In this document: positions 10,354 through 20,332 of the stretch, in pieces
How positions within the stretch are numbered: the first letter of the stretch is position 1
Layout: each line of letters begins with the position of its first letter
NCBI GenBank assembly: GCA_963796685.1
Contig: CAWCMR010000014.1
Location: forward strand, 107,189-171,188
Reading direction: 5' to 3'
Length of the DNA: 64,000 nucleotides
DNA from: an uncultured delta proteobacterium
Lineage (GTDB): Bacteria > Myxococcota_A > Polyangia > Fen-1088
Notes under the pieces: generated by a model
What the model saw: only the letters and a program-made list of their open reading frames with translations
The model's database searches: none
Told to the model about the DNA's origin: nothing
Translations under genes and position numbers: made by a program

Positions 10354-11544
10354 TCAGTGCAAGGCTGGGACGGTGGCGTCCGCGTAGCGGGCCGGATCCT
10401 GAATGAATCGATCGCGGCACAGATCGCTGCAAAAATAGTATGTCTTGCCCTGGTACTCGGAGCGGGCGGCGGCATGGTAGCGGTGGATCTTCATTCTGCA
10501 CACCGGGTCTTGCACCTCGACGTCGGCCTCTGCGCGGGTGGGTAGCACCTTCGCTGCTCCATCGGTGGCGACGAGCGCATGCAGATAGGAGACCAAGTCG
10601 TCGACCTCGGGCTCCGTCAGGTAGTCGCGGTACGAGGGCATGAGCGGGTCGTAGCCGGAGACGACCTGGTCGCCGGGATCGAGGATGGACCGCCGCAGGT
10701 AAGCGTCATCGGCCGAGACGGTGGCTCCGCCCACCATCCGCACTGTCCGGCCGGCCAAGCCGTCGAGCGAAGGCCCGGTCTTGAGGTCGGCGTGGCATCC
10801 TCGACAACCCAGGGTTTGAAACAAGCCCAGCCCGCGCGAGGCTGCGGACGTTTCGGGCTTCTTCTCGTTCGACTTGGTGACGCCTTTTGCCATCGCGGCG
10901 GCGTCCGCGTCGAGCATGGTGGCATCGGCCACCAGGCGCAGAACGGCTTTGTCGTCCAGGCTGCCGTAGACACCGCGGACTTGCCCGCGACGGTCGACCA
11001 GGAAAAGGAGCGACGTGTGCAGGATCGGCTCTCGCGGAATATTGGTGTGCTCGAACGGCACCTTCATGGCTTGGGCGAATTCGGTTATCTGGGCCGCAGG
11101 GGGACGTAGGAGCAGCCAGCGCGGATCGGCGTTCCACTTGGCGGCGTAGGCCTTCAGCACCTCCGGCGTGTCGTGGTCGGGATCGATCGAGAACGACACG
11201 AAGCGAAGGTCCGCCGACGGTATCGCCCTTCTGAGCAGGCTCATCTTGGCCGTGATGATCGGACACATGGTCGTGCACCGGGTGTAGATGAAGTCGGCGA
11301 TCCACACGTGCCCGCGCAAGGCCGACTCGTCCATCACCTGCCCCTCGGTATCGACGAAGGCGAAGGGAGGTACGTCCCCCAGAGTGGGCAAAGATCGGCG
11401 GGCATGCGGTACCGGATGCGCGATCCGAATCGCGCGCGAGACTACGAGCGCGATCCCCAAGAGCGCTGCAAAGCCGCAGGCCCCCAAGGCCAGGAGACTC
11501 TTCGGCGCGACCCGCCTGGGCCGGGACGGCGAGGGGTGCTTCAG
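10354..11544 (-). CDS. SCO1/SenC - cytochrome c - YHS fusion protein
   Basis: N-terminal TM; SCO FIYTRCTTMCP plus ILHTS; heme site CRGCH with distal LMPSY; YHS DPVCRM...YYFCSDLCRDRF. Start uncertain: CTG 11544 overlapping the upstream TGA, or GTG 11643. Confidence 0.88.
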   Translation of the reverse strand: MKHPSPSRPRRVAPKSLLALGACGFAALLGIALVVSRAIRIAHPVPHARRSLPTLGDVPPFAFVDTEGQVMDESALRGHVWIADFIYTRCTTMCPIITAKMSLLRRAIPSADLRFVSFSIDPDHDTPEVLKAYAAKWNADPRWLLLRPPAAQITEFAQAMKVPFEHTNIPREPILHTSLLFLVDRRGQVRGVYGSLDDKAVLRLVADATMLDADAAAMAKGVTKSNEKKPETSAASRGLGLFQTLGCRGCHADLKTGPSLDGLAGRTVRMVGGATVSADDAYLRRSILDPGDQVVSGYDPLMPSYRDYLTEPEVDDLVSYLHALVATDGAAKVLPTRAEADVEVQDPVCRMKIHRYHAAARSEYQGKTYYFCSDLCRDRFIQDPARYADATVPALH

Positions 11545-12743
11545 CGTCGTTGCCGTCGCCGTCGCCTTCGCAGCATGACCAACGCGCCGAGCATCGCGGT
11601 GCTGACGAACCAAGAAGCTCCGCCGCTGGCAGAGATGTCGCACCCGCCCGACCCGGTCTTGGCGGGCGCGCCCATCCCAGTGCTGGCCGATGTACCCGTC
11701 GAGCCGCTCGTTCCGCCCGCGCTGCCACCCGAGTCCGTCCTGCCTCCTGAGCCCGTCAGCCCTCCGGCTCCGGCGCCCCCGCCACCCTCGGTGGTGCCGC
11801 CCGTCCCCGCGCTGCCTCCTGAGCCCGATCGCCCTGCGGAGCCAGCACTCCCGCCCTCGCCAATGGTACCACCGGAACCTGGGCCACCGCCCGAGCCGGC
11901 CGTGCCCCCAGCGCTGTTGCTGCCGCCTTTGCCGGTGGTGCCGCCGGAACCCGCGCCACTGCCCGAACCGGCCGTGCCCCCAGCTCCGCTGCCGCCGCTT
12001 CCACCGGCCCCGATGCTCGAGCCACCACCCCCACCCGAGCCGCCGCCGGCTCCGCTGGCGTCGGAGAGACCGGTCGATGCATCTTTTGCAACCGACGCAT
12101 CCGCCGAATCGTTACCGCCGTCGGGGGACGATCCTGTCGAGATGTCCGCGCAGTGATGATAGTAGCAATCGTTGGCCGGGTGATCGGTCATCACCATGAT
12201 GACCTGAAGGGTGCACGGCTGCGCGCTGGTGCAAGTCGCGCTCTTCGGAATCGTGACCTGGAATGTTTGATTGCCGCTCTGTTGCGTCGTCGCGGTCGAG
12301 CCGGCCGGCAAGCCATCGGCGATGACGGGCTGGGTCGGCGACCAGACTGGATCCTTCATGATGGCGGGCGTGCAATTGGTGCCTGCCTGGGCCTGCGGAT
12401 CGGGCAGCGACGAAAGGGTGTGCGTCGAGCTCGCTCCCTCGACCAGTGCGATGCGAAACCAGCCCGGGTGCGTGACGGTCACCGTGATGGAGACGGGAAC
12501 CGTCTGACCGGATTGAAGCACGGTCACCGTCTTGGTCGGAGTGCCGGCAGAGTCGCCCAAGGCGGTGTTGGGCTGTGCCGCGCAAGGTCCGTTCTTCTGC
12601 GGACCACCGACGGAATCTTGCGACATCCAACTCGCCGGAGAGTCGATCTTGAAGTGGGCGTGCGCCGTGGATGGTATCCACGCCGCGCCAAAGGCCAACC
12701 ACGGCACGAACGAATACTTCCGAGTCCAAGCCCGACACGCCAT
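11541..12743 (-). CDS. LPMO-like His-brace protein (SCE4755-family-like) with MYXO-CTERM-like anchor
   Basis: Signal peptide ending AHA gives mature N-terminal His (HFKIDSP); second His in THPGWFRIAL; CTLQV...CYYHHCADI; Gly linker; GGCDI-TM-RRRRRR tail. Confidence 0.8.
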   Translation of the reverse strand: MACRAWTRKYSFVPWLAFGAAWIPSTAHAHFKIDSPASWMSQDSVGGPQKNGPCAAQPNTALGDSAGTPTKTVTVLQSGQTVPVSITVTVTHPGWFRIALVEGASSTHTLSSLPDPQAQAGTNCTPAIMKDPVWSPTQPVIADGLPAGSTATTQQSGNQTFQVTIPKSATCTSAQPCTLQVIMVMTDHPANDCYYHHCADISTGSSPDGGNDSADASVAKDASTGLSDASGAGGGSGGGGGSSIGAGGSGGSGAGGTAGSGSGAGSGGTTGKGGSNSAGGTAGSGGGPGSGGTIGEGGSAGSAGRSGSGGSAGTGGTTEGGGGAGAGGLTGSGGRTDSGGSAGGTSGSTGTSASTGMGAPAKTGSGGCDISASGGASWFVSTAMLGALVMLRRRRRRQRR

Positions 12744-12813
12744 GACTACGTTGGACGCCGCAGTCGCCGGAAGGTTTCCGGATCTCGTGCGCGTCCTTGG
12801 CCGATCGATTTGG

Positions 12814-13944
12814 TCACCCACCTACGCGGGCGAGAAACTGCTGCCGTCGATCCTCGCTCCAGCGCGCGCAATAGGCCGGCCTCTGCTCGACAATGCGCTT
12901 GGTGCAAAGCGTGCACGAGGGTTGGCAGGGGTTGATGGCCTCCACGACCTCGCCGCGCGCTTTGCGTGGCCACAAGGGATCTGCAAAGAGCACGCGGCCC
13001 AGCCCCACCAGATCCGCCTTGCCATCGCGAAGCGCGGACTCGGCGATGGCCGGGTCTTGGATGCGACCGGCGGCAATGACCGGAATATGGGGAAGGGCCT
13101 GCTTGATCGCGTGGGCGAAGGGGACCAAGAAGGCCTGGTTGCGATCGTCCGCCAGGTAATTCGGCGAGGCGAACGAGTCGTAGCAGCCGGCCATGACCGA
13201 GAGATAGGCGACGCCCGCCTGGGCCAGCCGCTTGGCGAAGGGCAGGGTGTCGGCCAGGGTCAGGCCCCCGGGAACGTATTCGTCGGCCAAAAAGCGATAG
13301 CCCACGGGATAGTCATCGCCCACCGCTGCGCGGACTGCGCCGACGACGTCGAGGGGAAAGCGCATTCGCCGTTCGGCGTCGCCGCCGTAGGCATCCTGGC
13401 GCAGGTTGGTTCGCGGGGATAGAAATTGGGGTAACAGATAGCCGGTGCCGCCGTGCAGCTCCACGGCGTCGAACCCGGCCTGCCTCGCGCGAAGGGCACC
13501 GGCCGCGAAAGCGGTGAGCGTCGTTTCGATGTCGGTCTGCTCCATGGCCTTGGGCACCGCTCCCCACGTGGGAAAAGCGGACGGCGCCACCCGATCGGGA
13601 CGCTTGGCATATCGTCCGGCGTGATGGATCTGCAACACCGCCTTGGCGCCGCCGCCTCGGATGGCCGAGGCCAGGCGCGCAAGCCCGGCAACGAAGCGAT
13701 CGTCCTGGTGTTCGTCGGTGGTCAGCAGCGTGCGCGGATTGCCGAGGCCGCGCGGCTCGACCGTCGTGTTCTCCACCACCACCATGCCCACACCCGACTC
13801 GGCCATCTCGGCATAGTAGTCGAGCACGAGATCGTTCACCTGGTGATCCGGGTCGGGGTACGCCAGGTACATGGGCAGACTGACCAGGCGGTTTTCGAGC
13901 CGCAGCTGGCCGATGCGCAGGGGAGTGAAAAGAAGGTTCGTCAT
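12814..13944 (-). CDS. NADH:flavin oxidoreductase (OYE family) with C-terminal Cys cluster
   Basis: LFTPLRIG...LENRLV, LQIHHAGR, ELHGGTGYLLPQFLSPRTNLRQDAYGG, GRVLFADP, CQPSCTLC...C. Confidence 0.9.
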   Translation of the reverse strand: MTNLLFTPLRIGQLRLENRLVSLPMYLAYPDPDHQVNDLVLDYYAEMAESGVGMVVVENTTVEPRGLGNPRTLLTTDEHQDDRFVAGLARLASAIRGGGAKAVLQIHHAGRYAKRPDRVAPSAFPTWGAVPKAMEQTDIETTLTAFAAGALRARQAGFDAVELHGGTGYLLPQFLSPRTNLRQDAYGGDAERRMRFPLDVVGAVRAAVGDDYPVGYRFLADEYVPGGLTLADTLPFAKRLAQAGVAYLSVMAGCYDSFASPNYLADDRNQAFLVPFAHAIKQALPHIPVIAAGRIQDPAIAESALRDGKADLVGLGRVLFADPLWPRKARGEVVEAINPCQPSCTLCTKRIVEQRPAYCARWSEDRRQQFLARVGG

Positions 13945-13953
13945 GGAGCGCGC

Positions 13954-14310
13954 CTAGCCGACGCCCAGCAGCTGGACCTCGAACAGCAACGTGGCATTCG
14001 GGGGGATGACGCCTCCGGCGCCGCGCGCGCCATAGCCCAGATTCGATGGAATCAGCAGCGTGCGCTTGCCTCCGATCTTCATGCCGACGACGCCCTCATC
14101 CCATCCCTTGATGACCTGTCCCGTGCCCAAGACGAACTCGAAGGGATCGCCCCGATCGAGCGAGCTGTCGAACTTCTTTCCCTTCGCGTCGTTTGCCCAC
14201 AGCCACCCGGTGTAGTGCATCTGGCAGGTCACCCCGGCCACGGCCTCCGCGCCCGTGCCCAGGGTGGTGTCTTCGAATTGCAGCCCGCTTGCGGTGATGG
14301 TCATGCTCAT
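13954..14310 (-). CDS. FKBP-type peptidyl-prolyl cis-trans isomerase
   Basis: HYTGWL...[28 protein letters not shown]...[14 protein letters not shown]. Confidence 0.96.
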   Translation of the reverse strand: MSMTITASGLQFEDTTLGTGAEAVAGVTCQMHYTGWLWANDAKGKKFDSSLDRGDPFEFVLGTGQVIKGWDEGVVGMKIGGKRTLLIPSNLGYGARGAGGVIPPNATLLFEVQLLGVG

Positions 14311-14420
14311 GTGTCGTCCTAGGAAAATGGTTGTAGAAGGAGTCGGGGGCTTTTACCACTTTGGCGGTGATGGAGCGCGTCCACCGGTCATCCGTTCCGT
14401 GGTACCTTGGGGAAGCCATC

Positions 14421-15138
14421 ATGAAGACGAGAACCCTGGTATTGGTCGTGACGTTTCTCGCAAGCTGCGGTGGCTCAGGCTCGGATGCTCGCGATGCTTC
14501 CCTCGACGGCTACGGGACGCCCGCGGATGTCCTGGGACCAAGCCCCGAGGTTGCCGTGGACCGCGCTTGGGAATCCACGGACGCACCGGAGCCGAGCTCT
14601 GACGTTCCTCTCGACGAGGCCGGGAAATCCGCGGACGCACCGGAGCCGAGCTTCTGACGTTCCTTTCGACGAGGCCGTGGGCTCCACGGACGGACCGGCG
14701 CAGAGCAATGACGCTCCGGGTGGCGAGACCGGGGGAGCCTTGGACGCCACGGACGAGGGCGGTCTGTCTGGAAGTGGTTGCAGATTCAGAGACACCTCTG
14801 GGGTAGCGGTCATCACGAAGGTCGTCTATTCCTCCGATCCCCGGAGCGCGTGCAATGCCATGGTGACGTTCTACTTCATTGCAGGCCTCACCCTGGACGG
14901 CGGCTCGGGGCCATTCGCCTTGGATGGCGGCACGACCGTCGATGCCGGCGCACCCCCCAGCGGAGGTCGCATGTCGATCAATCCCGTCGAGGAGCCGCCC
15001 TGCAGCTATCTCGAATCGAACGGGATCGTTCTGGGGGCTATGTTGCCTGCCATTCGTCAGGATGCGTTTGCCGGAGCCTGTCCCACCCCGGTGTATGTGT
15101 TTCCAGGGATAGAGAATTCCCAGTATATGGGCCCTTAG
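14421..15138 (+). CDS. Hypothetical lipoprotein, frameshifted at about 14653
   Basis: MKTRTLVLVVTFLASC lipobox; continues in the 14470..15138 frame after a +1 T in a repeat copy. Confidence 0.6.
14574..14700 (+). repeat. 54-bp tandem repeat (2 full copies plus a partial)
   Basis: tcc(a/g)cggacgcaccggagccgagctctgacgttcct(c/t)tcgacgaggccg at 14574 and 14628 (the second with an extra T); partial copy at 14683. Confidence 0.85.
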
Positions 15139-15324
15139 CGTCCTGACCCCAACCGCCACGTGTGGCGTCGAAACTCAGGCGTGGGCGTATGGATGCCACG
15201 ATTGTAACGCAGTCGACACGGATATCCCGGCTGTCGCAAGTCACATTCCAGCCTGCCATGGGCCATAGGGGGCTTGGGCCGGCTTCACGATCCGAGATCG
15301 TGTCTTCATACAAACGAGGTCACC

Positions 15325-16879
15325 ATGCACAATGTCCTTTCACGGGCGGCACGCGCCCTTTGTCATTTGGGTTGTGGGATTGTCGCGCTGTGCGCGTCGA
15401 GCGCGATCGTTCGGGCGGAGCCGTCGGTGCTCAAGCCCAACTCGCTGATCATCAGCAGTAGCACCTACGATCGGTCCCAGGGCGCCGTCGCATCGCTGAC
15501 GGTTGGATCGAACCTGCCCGGCTCGGCCAAGGCGACCACAGACTGCCGTCGCGGACAACAACTATGTCCACGTCTGGGACAATTCAGCGGTCGACGGCAG
15601 CTTTGGCGTAACCTCCCCGATCCAATTGACCGTCATCGAACCGCACAGCGGTCACGTGCTCAAGACGCTGTCCGTCCCGACCGATCAGGTAGCCACGAGC
15701 TTTCCCTCCAAGTCGGAGCTGGGCCTGCACATCGCCCACGATTCGAACGGCGCACATCTCGTGTTCATGGCCTACGCCGGCCCTGGAATCGGCGCGCTCG
15801 ACGTGTCGAACTCCGACGCAGTCGCAGGACAGGACCCGACGAACCCCGTGACTTTTGCTTTCGGGTCGACCTATGCGTTCGCCCGCACCATCGTCTCCAT
15901 GAATGAGCGGGGACACTTCTCCTATACGCCCACGATCAATTATGGAGGCAACAACGGCCGCTCGGCGCTGTTGGGATCGAACGGTCTCTACTATACCGTG
16001 GGCAACGCCAACAACGGCGCTGCGTCGACCTTTGGCTCGAACGGCACCAATCCCGACGTCACCGAAACGACCGGCCTCGAGGTCGTCAATCCCATCAATG
16101 CGCGCATGTCGAGCGTGGCGATTCCGGCGAACAATTCGGCCGAGGTCGATCCTCTGATCCAATACCAATTCGGAACCAGCAAGCCCGACAAGCCCGGCAA
16201 GGACAACAACTACCGAGGCGTGACGGAGTACGGCGGCGCGTTGTATTTCACCAAGGGTAGCGGCAGCAATGGAATCCAAACCGTCTACACCATCGGCACG
16301 TTGCCGACGACGGCACAGGCACCCACGACCAAGATCAGCGTCGTGCCAGGTTTCCCGACCGACTCGGCCAAGGCAACGGGCGGTGACTTTACCCCCTTCG
16401 CCGTGTTCTTCGCCAACGCCACGACCCTGTACGTGACGGACGAAGGCTCGGGCGACGCGCTTGACAAGTCCAGCCATGCGGGCCTCGAGAAATGGAGCCT
16501 CGCTGGCGGCGTGTGGCAGCTCGACTATGTGCTGACCAACGGCCTGCTCGGGACGGTCGATAGCAATTTGAACGGCTCCGACGGACAATATCCCGACGTA
16601 ACGACGGTGGGCCTGCGCAACCTGACCGGCGTTGTCGATGGCAACAACGTGACCCTGTGGGCGACGACCTCGACCTCCAGTGCCTCGGGCGACAATGGCG
16701 CCGACCCGAACAAAGTCGTGGTTATCACCGACAGGCTGGGGTCGACGACCATGACGGGCGACGTGGCGCATGAGTCGTTTCGAGTGGTCACCGGGCCTAC
16801 CTACGGTACCGTCTACCGGGGCGTCGCCTACGTGACTCATGGACAGTGTGGAGACGGCGGAGAGTCCAGGGACGACTAA
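15325..16879 (+). CDS. Secreted hypothetical protein (probable beta-propeller), frameshifted at about 15540
   Basis: GAGG RBS and signal peptide in one frame join the Asn/Gly/Thr-rich 15503..16879 frame (LYFTKGSGSNG, TLYVTDEG, GLEKWSL). Confidence 0.7.
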
Positions 16880-16966
16880 GTCGCCGCTCGAGGGGCGTCG
16901 GAAAGGTGCTGCCAAGGGCCACGGCGGAGTCCACGAGGACCCCGCCGCCCCCGCGAGCAATCGGGT

Positions 16967-17095
16967 CTAGGCGACCCGCAAAGACGCGACAGGGGCGGGC
17001 GGCTGGTCGTGGCGGAGGGTTTCGATGTCCCGCCGGGGAGGCGCACCGAAGAGCCGGCGATACTCGCGGCTGAACTGCGTGGGGCTCTCGTAGCC
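16967..17095 (-). pseudogene. AraC-family (YqhC-like) regulator C-terminal remnant
   Basis: Hand translation GYESPTQFSREYRRLFGAPPRRDIETLR...* matches the second AraC HTH signature; no N-terminal part. Confidence 0.8.
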
Positions 17096-17152
17096 CCAAA
17101 AGCTGTCCACACCCGGGATAGCGCTCGTCCACCACGGTCGCTATCTTGGTGA

Positions 17153-17284
<132 letters not shown>

Positions 17285-17478
17285 GACGAAGTCCGGTGCC
17301 GCAAGCATGCCGGGCTACGGCGGCTCGCCGCAGCACCACCGCGATCAAGTGGGCTAGACGCCGTCTCGCGCAACGGCCGACGCCCCAGGATCGGCGGCTT
17401 CGTCGTGGTCGCGTTGGCAACACATTTTCTGCCCGCGGTACTTTGCACCTCCGGGCACAAGGACTAGTCTTCGCCCAA

Positions 17479-18402
17479 ATGCACGTGTCTCGCATGCTCC
17501 GAGGTCTCCTCCCCAGCCTCCTGGTCGCCAGCATGGTCGTGTGGATCAGCGCGTGTGCGAAGAAGGCCCCACCCGGTTCGCCGGCAACCACCGCCTTGTC
17601 CGGGATCGTCAAGCCACCAACCGACAAGCCATCGACGGAAGGCGATGGTTGGCCGCCCGGTATCGAGCCCGACAAGCTGGACCCGTTCAAGCGCAAGGTC
17701 TTCGACGATGTGATCAACCGCGAGTCATCGGCGTGCGGCAAAGGGCACAGCCTGCTCCACTCGATCAGGCAAGACGGCGCCTGCCGGGCTTCCTTCTATG
17801 CCGTCCGCTACGTCGCCCGTTTGGCGGATGCGGGATTCTCCGAGCCTGAGATCGGCGAGAAGCTCACACAGCGTTTTCGCGCCCCGCGCGTCCCCTACAT
17901 CGACGTGTCCCAGGCACCCAGCAAGGGCGGGCCATCCGGTCGCGTGACCATCGTGGAGTTCGCCGACTACGAGTGCGCGCATTGCAAAGCGGCGCAGAAG
18001 GTGATGCAGCCGCTTCTGGACAAGTACCCCGGCCTCGTTACCCTGTATTTCAAGCACTTTCCCATCAGCTCGAACAATGCCTTCAACGCCGCTCAAGCCG
18101 CAGCGGCGGCACAGAAGCAGGGTAAGTTCTGGCAGCTCAGCGACAAGATTTGGGAAAACTCGGAGAATCTGTCGCCAGCCCTGCTGGAGAGCTTGGCCAA
18201 GGAGATTGGCTTGGATTTTTCACGCTGGTATAGCGATGTCGGATCGGAAGAGGTTCGGGCGCGTGTGCAACGCGACAGGGCCGAGGCACGCGCCCTGGGG
18301 ATCCGCAGAACGCCCGCCATCTTCATCAATGGTCGCAGGTATACCGACGAGCCCGACCTTCCCGGTCTGACGGATTGGATCGACGAAGAGCTGGGGCGTT
18401 GA
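17479..18402 (+). CDS. DsbA-family thioredoxin-fold lipoprotein
   Basis: ISAC lipobox; VTIVEFADYECAHCK; FKHFPI; GIRRTPAIFINGRRY. Confidence 0.88.
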   Translation: MHVSRMLRGLLPSLLVASMVVWISACAKKAPPGSPATTALSGIVKPPTDKPSTEGDGWPPGIEPDKLDPFKRKVFDDVINRESSACGKGHSLLHSIRQDGACRASFYAVRYVARLADAGFSEPEIGEKLTQRFRAPRVPYIDVSQAPSKGGPSGRVTIVEFADYECAHCKAAQKVMQPLLDKYPGLVTLYFKHFPISSNNAFNAAQAAAAAQKQGKFWQLSDKIWENSENLSPALLESLAKEIGLDFSRWYSDVGSEEVRARVQRDRAEARALGIRRTPAIFINGRRYTDEPDLPGLTDWIDEELGR

Positions 18403-18406
18403 GGCT

Positions 18407-19486
18407 CTATTTCTTGGTCTCTTCGAGCACGCTGGCCAGCTCGGGGTCGTCGCGTACGCTCTGCAAGTCCGGATCCCGGCGGGCGACCTTGCGATACTTG
18501 GGATCCAGGGCGATGGCCTTCATGACGGAGGCAACGGCTTGCTTGTGGTTGCCAATCAAGGCGTGCATACATCCGACGTTGTAGTGCCCCTGACCGAAGT
18601 CGGGCGCGAGATCGACGAGTTGCTCGAAGCAGGTCAGGAACTCGGGTGCGATCGTTTGCCTGCTCTGGCTCTTCGCCAACGTGAAGTAGTCGCGCAGCAA
18701 TCCCTTCACGTGTTCCTTGGCTTGGGGCAGGGAAAGCGCGTAGCGCGCGCGGCGGGGCGAGCCGTCGGGGACAAGCCCCTTGGCGGTCAACAAGTAGTCC
18801 TGCTCGAAGGTCTCTGCCGCGGCGGCGAAGTAGTAGTACCAGGCGGCAGCTCGTTGCTGCACGAACCGAGCACCGCCGTGCTCCAACCCGGCAAGCCTCA
18901 CGTCGATCGGGATCCCGCTCGCGGCGCCGCACCGAGCGCAATCCTTGTTTGGGATGCTTCCACTGGCACTGCAAGGGCTTCGGGTGCTTCCCGGGAGACC
19001 GCCAAGAAACCGACCACCGCCCTCTGCGGCCCAAAAGGCGAGGTCCTCGATCCCGTAGAAGTCGCGCCCGAATTTCCATGACACAGCGACGACCGGCAGG
19101 CCGCCGAGCCAGAAGACGAAGCTTCCCGGCCAGTCGGCAATCATGTGCTCCCGAGAGGCAGGGGCGGTGAGATCCGCGACGATGGCATTGTTACGCAAGA
19201 GCCATACGCGGGCCTTGCCAGCCTTGTCCGCGGCGGCAAAAAAGGTACCCTGCGGCGTCGCGGCGACCTGGAGCGCGCTGGCCGCGTCGCCCAGGCGGCC
19301 AGCCAGGACCGGTGGGACAGTGGCCAGCGGCTCGAATCTCACCAATGCCTTGGCGGAGGCATCGTCCAGCGGTCCGGCCAGCGTGACAACCGCATGCGCC
19401 GTCACCAACACGACAACCAGCCCGACCCAGATTGCTCGGGCGAGAAACCCTCGGATGTTCTGGTCTTGCATTTTCCTGTTGCTCAT
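18407..19486 (-). CDS. Secreted protein with C-terminal TPR
   Basis: Signal/TM segment; HYNVGCMHALIG...AIALDPKYRKVARRDPDLQSVR. Confidence 0.7.
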   Translation of the reverse strand: MSNRKMQDQNIRGFLARAIWVGLVVVLVTAHAVVTLAGPLDDASAKALVRFEPLATVPPVLAGRLGDAASALQVAATPQGTFFAAADKAGKARVWLLRNNAIVADLTAPASREHMIADWPGSFVFWLGGLPVVAVSWKFGRDFYGIEDLAFWAAEGGGRFLGGLPGSTRSPCSASGSIPNKDCARCGAASGIPIDVRLAGLEHGGARFVQQRAAAWYYYFAAAAETFEQDYLLTAKGLVPDGSPRRARYALSLPQAKEHVKGLLRDYFTLAKSQSRQTIAPEFLTCFEQLVDLAPDFGQGHYNVGCMHALIGNHKQAVASVMKAIALDPKYRKVARRDPDLQSVRDDPELASVLEETKK

Positions 19487-19582
19487 GGCGCCGAATCTAC
19501 CTCAGTGCGCGCGATGTGGGGCCATCGATGAAACGGCATCTCCCGGGCGACGCCATATCGGGGCGCGACGGGGTCTGGCATA

Positions 19583-20257
19583 GTGCCACAGCAGCTCATG
19601 TTCCGGTACCTGACAGCCTCGACTGCGTGTGCTGCCCTTCTGGGGCTGGCTGCCGCTGGCTTCGTGCGCACGCATTTTCCCGAAGTCCTGTCGGCTTTGA
19701 CACCGAAGGCATCCGAGGCGTCGTTCGTGGACGAGCCCCTCCAGGTCGGTGGCGGATCCCCATCCTTTGACCCTGCGCCCAAGGACGGGGCGCTGGAGGG
19801 GGCGCGTCCCACCTGGTTGCTTCCTTCCGAGGAAGCCAAGGGACGTCCAGCGGCCTGTGCGCGGTCCGGCTCATCGCACGGTTCGGCGCGTGGCACCTTC
19901 GCGCAGAGGCTGAATAGGGGAATCCGAAGGCTGGGCGAGCGTCGCTACGAGATCAGGCGCGGCACGCTGGAGCTTGCGCTCGGCAATCTCGCGCTGCTGA
20001 CCGGTTCGGTGCGGGTCACGCCCGAGGTTCGCGATGGCAAGCCGCTCGGCTTTCGTCTCTTCGCGATCGCGCCGAATGGGCCATTTGCGAAGCTTGGTCT
20101 CCGCAACGACGATGTCCTGGTTTCCGTCAACGGGCTCGATTTGTCGACACCCGAGGGTGTCTTGGACGCCTTCGGCAAGCTCAGGAAAGCTCCTCGCTTG
20201 GTGTTGGGGCTGGTCCGAGACAATCGCGAGATCACGCAGGAGTATACGATTCGCTAG
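19583..20257 (+). CDS. GspC-like PDZ domain protein (orphan)
   Basis: PEVRDGKPLGFRLFAIAPNGPFAKLGLRNDDVLVSVNG...YTIR, as in the T2SS GspC PDZ domain. Confidence 0.72.
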   Translation: MPQQLMFRYLTASTACAALLGLAAAGFVRTHFPEVLSALTPKASEASFVDEPLQVGGGSPSFDPAPKDGALEGARPTWLLPSEEAKGRPAACARSGSSHGSARGTFAQRLNRGIRRLGERRYEIRRGTLELALGNLALLTGSVRVTPEVRDGKPLGFRLFAIAPNGPFAKLGLRNDDVLVSVNGLDLSTPEGVLDAFGKLRKAPRLVLGLVRDNREITQEYTIR

Positions 20258-20332
20258 CCTATCGAATGTCCGACGGCGCCAGGGTGTCCATGTCGTCGAA
20301 GGTCTGGTGCTCGCCGGCCATGGCCCATCGCA

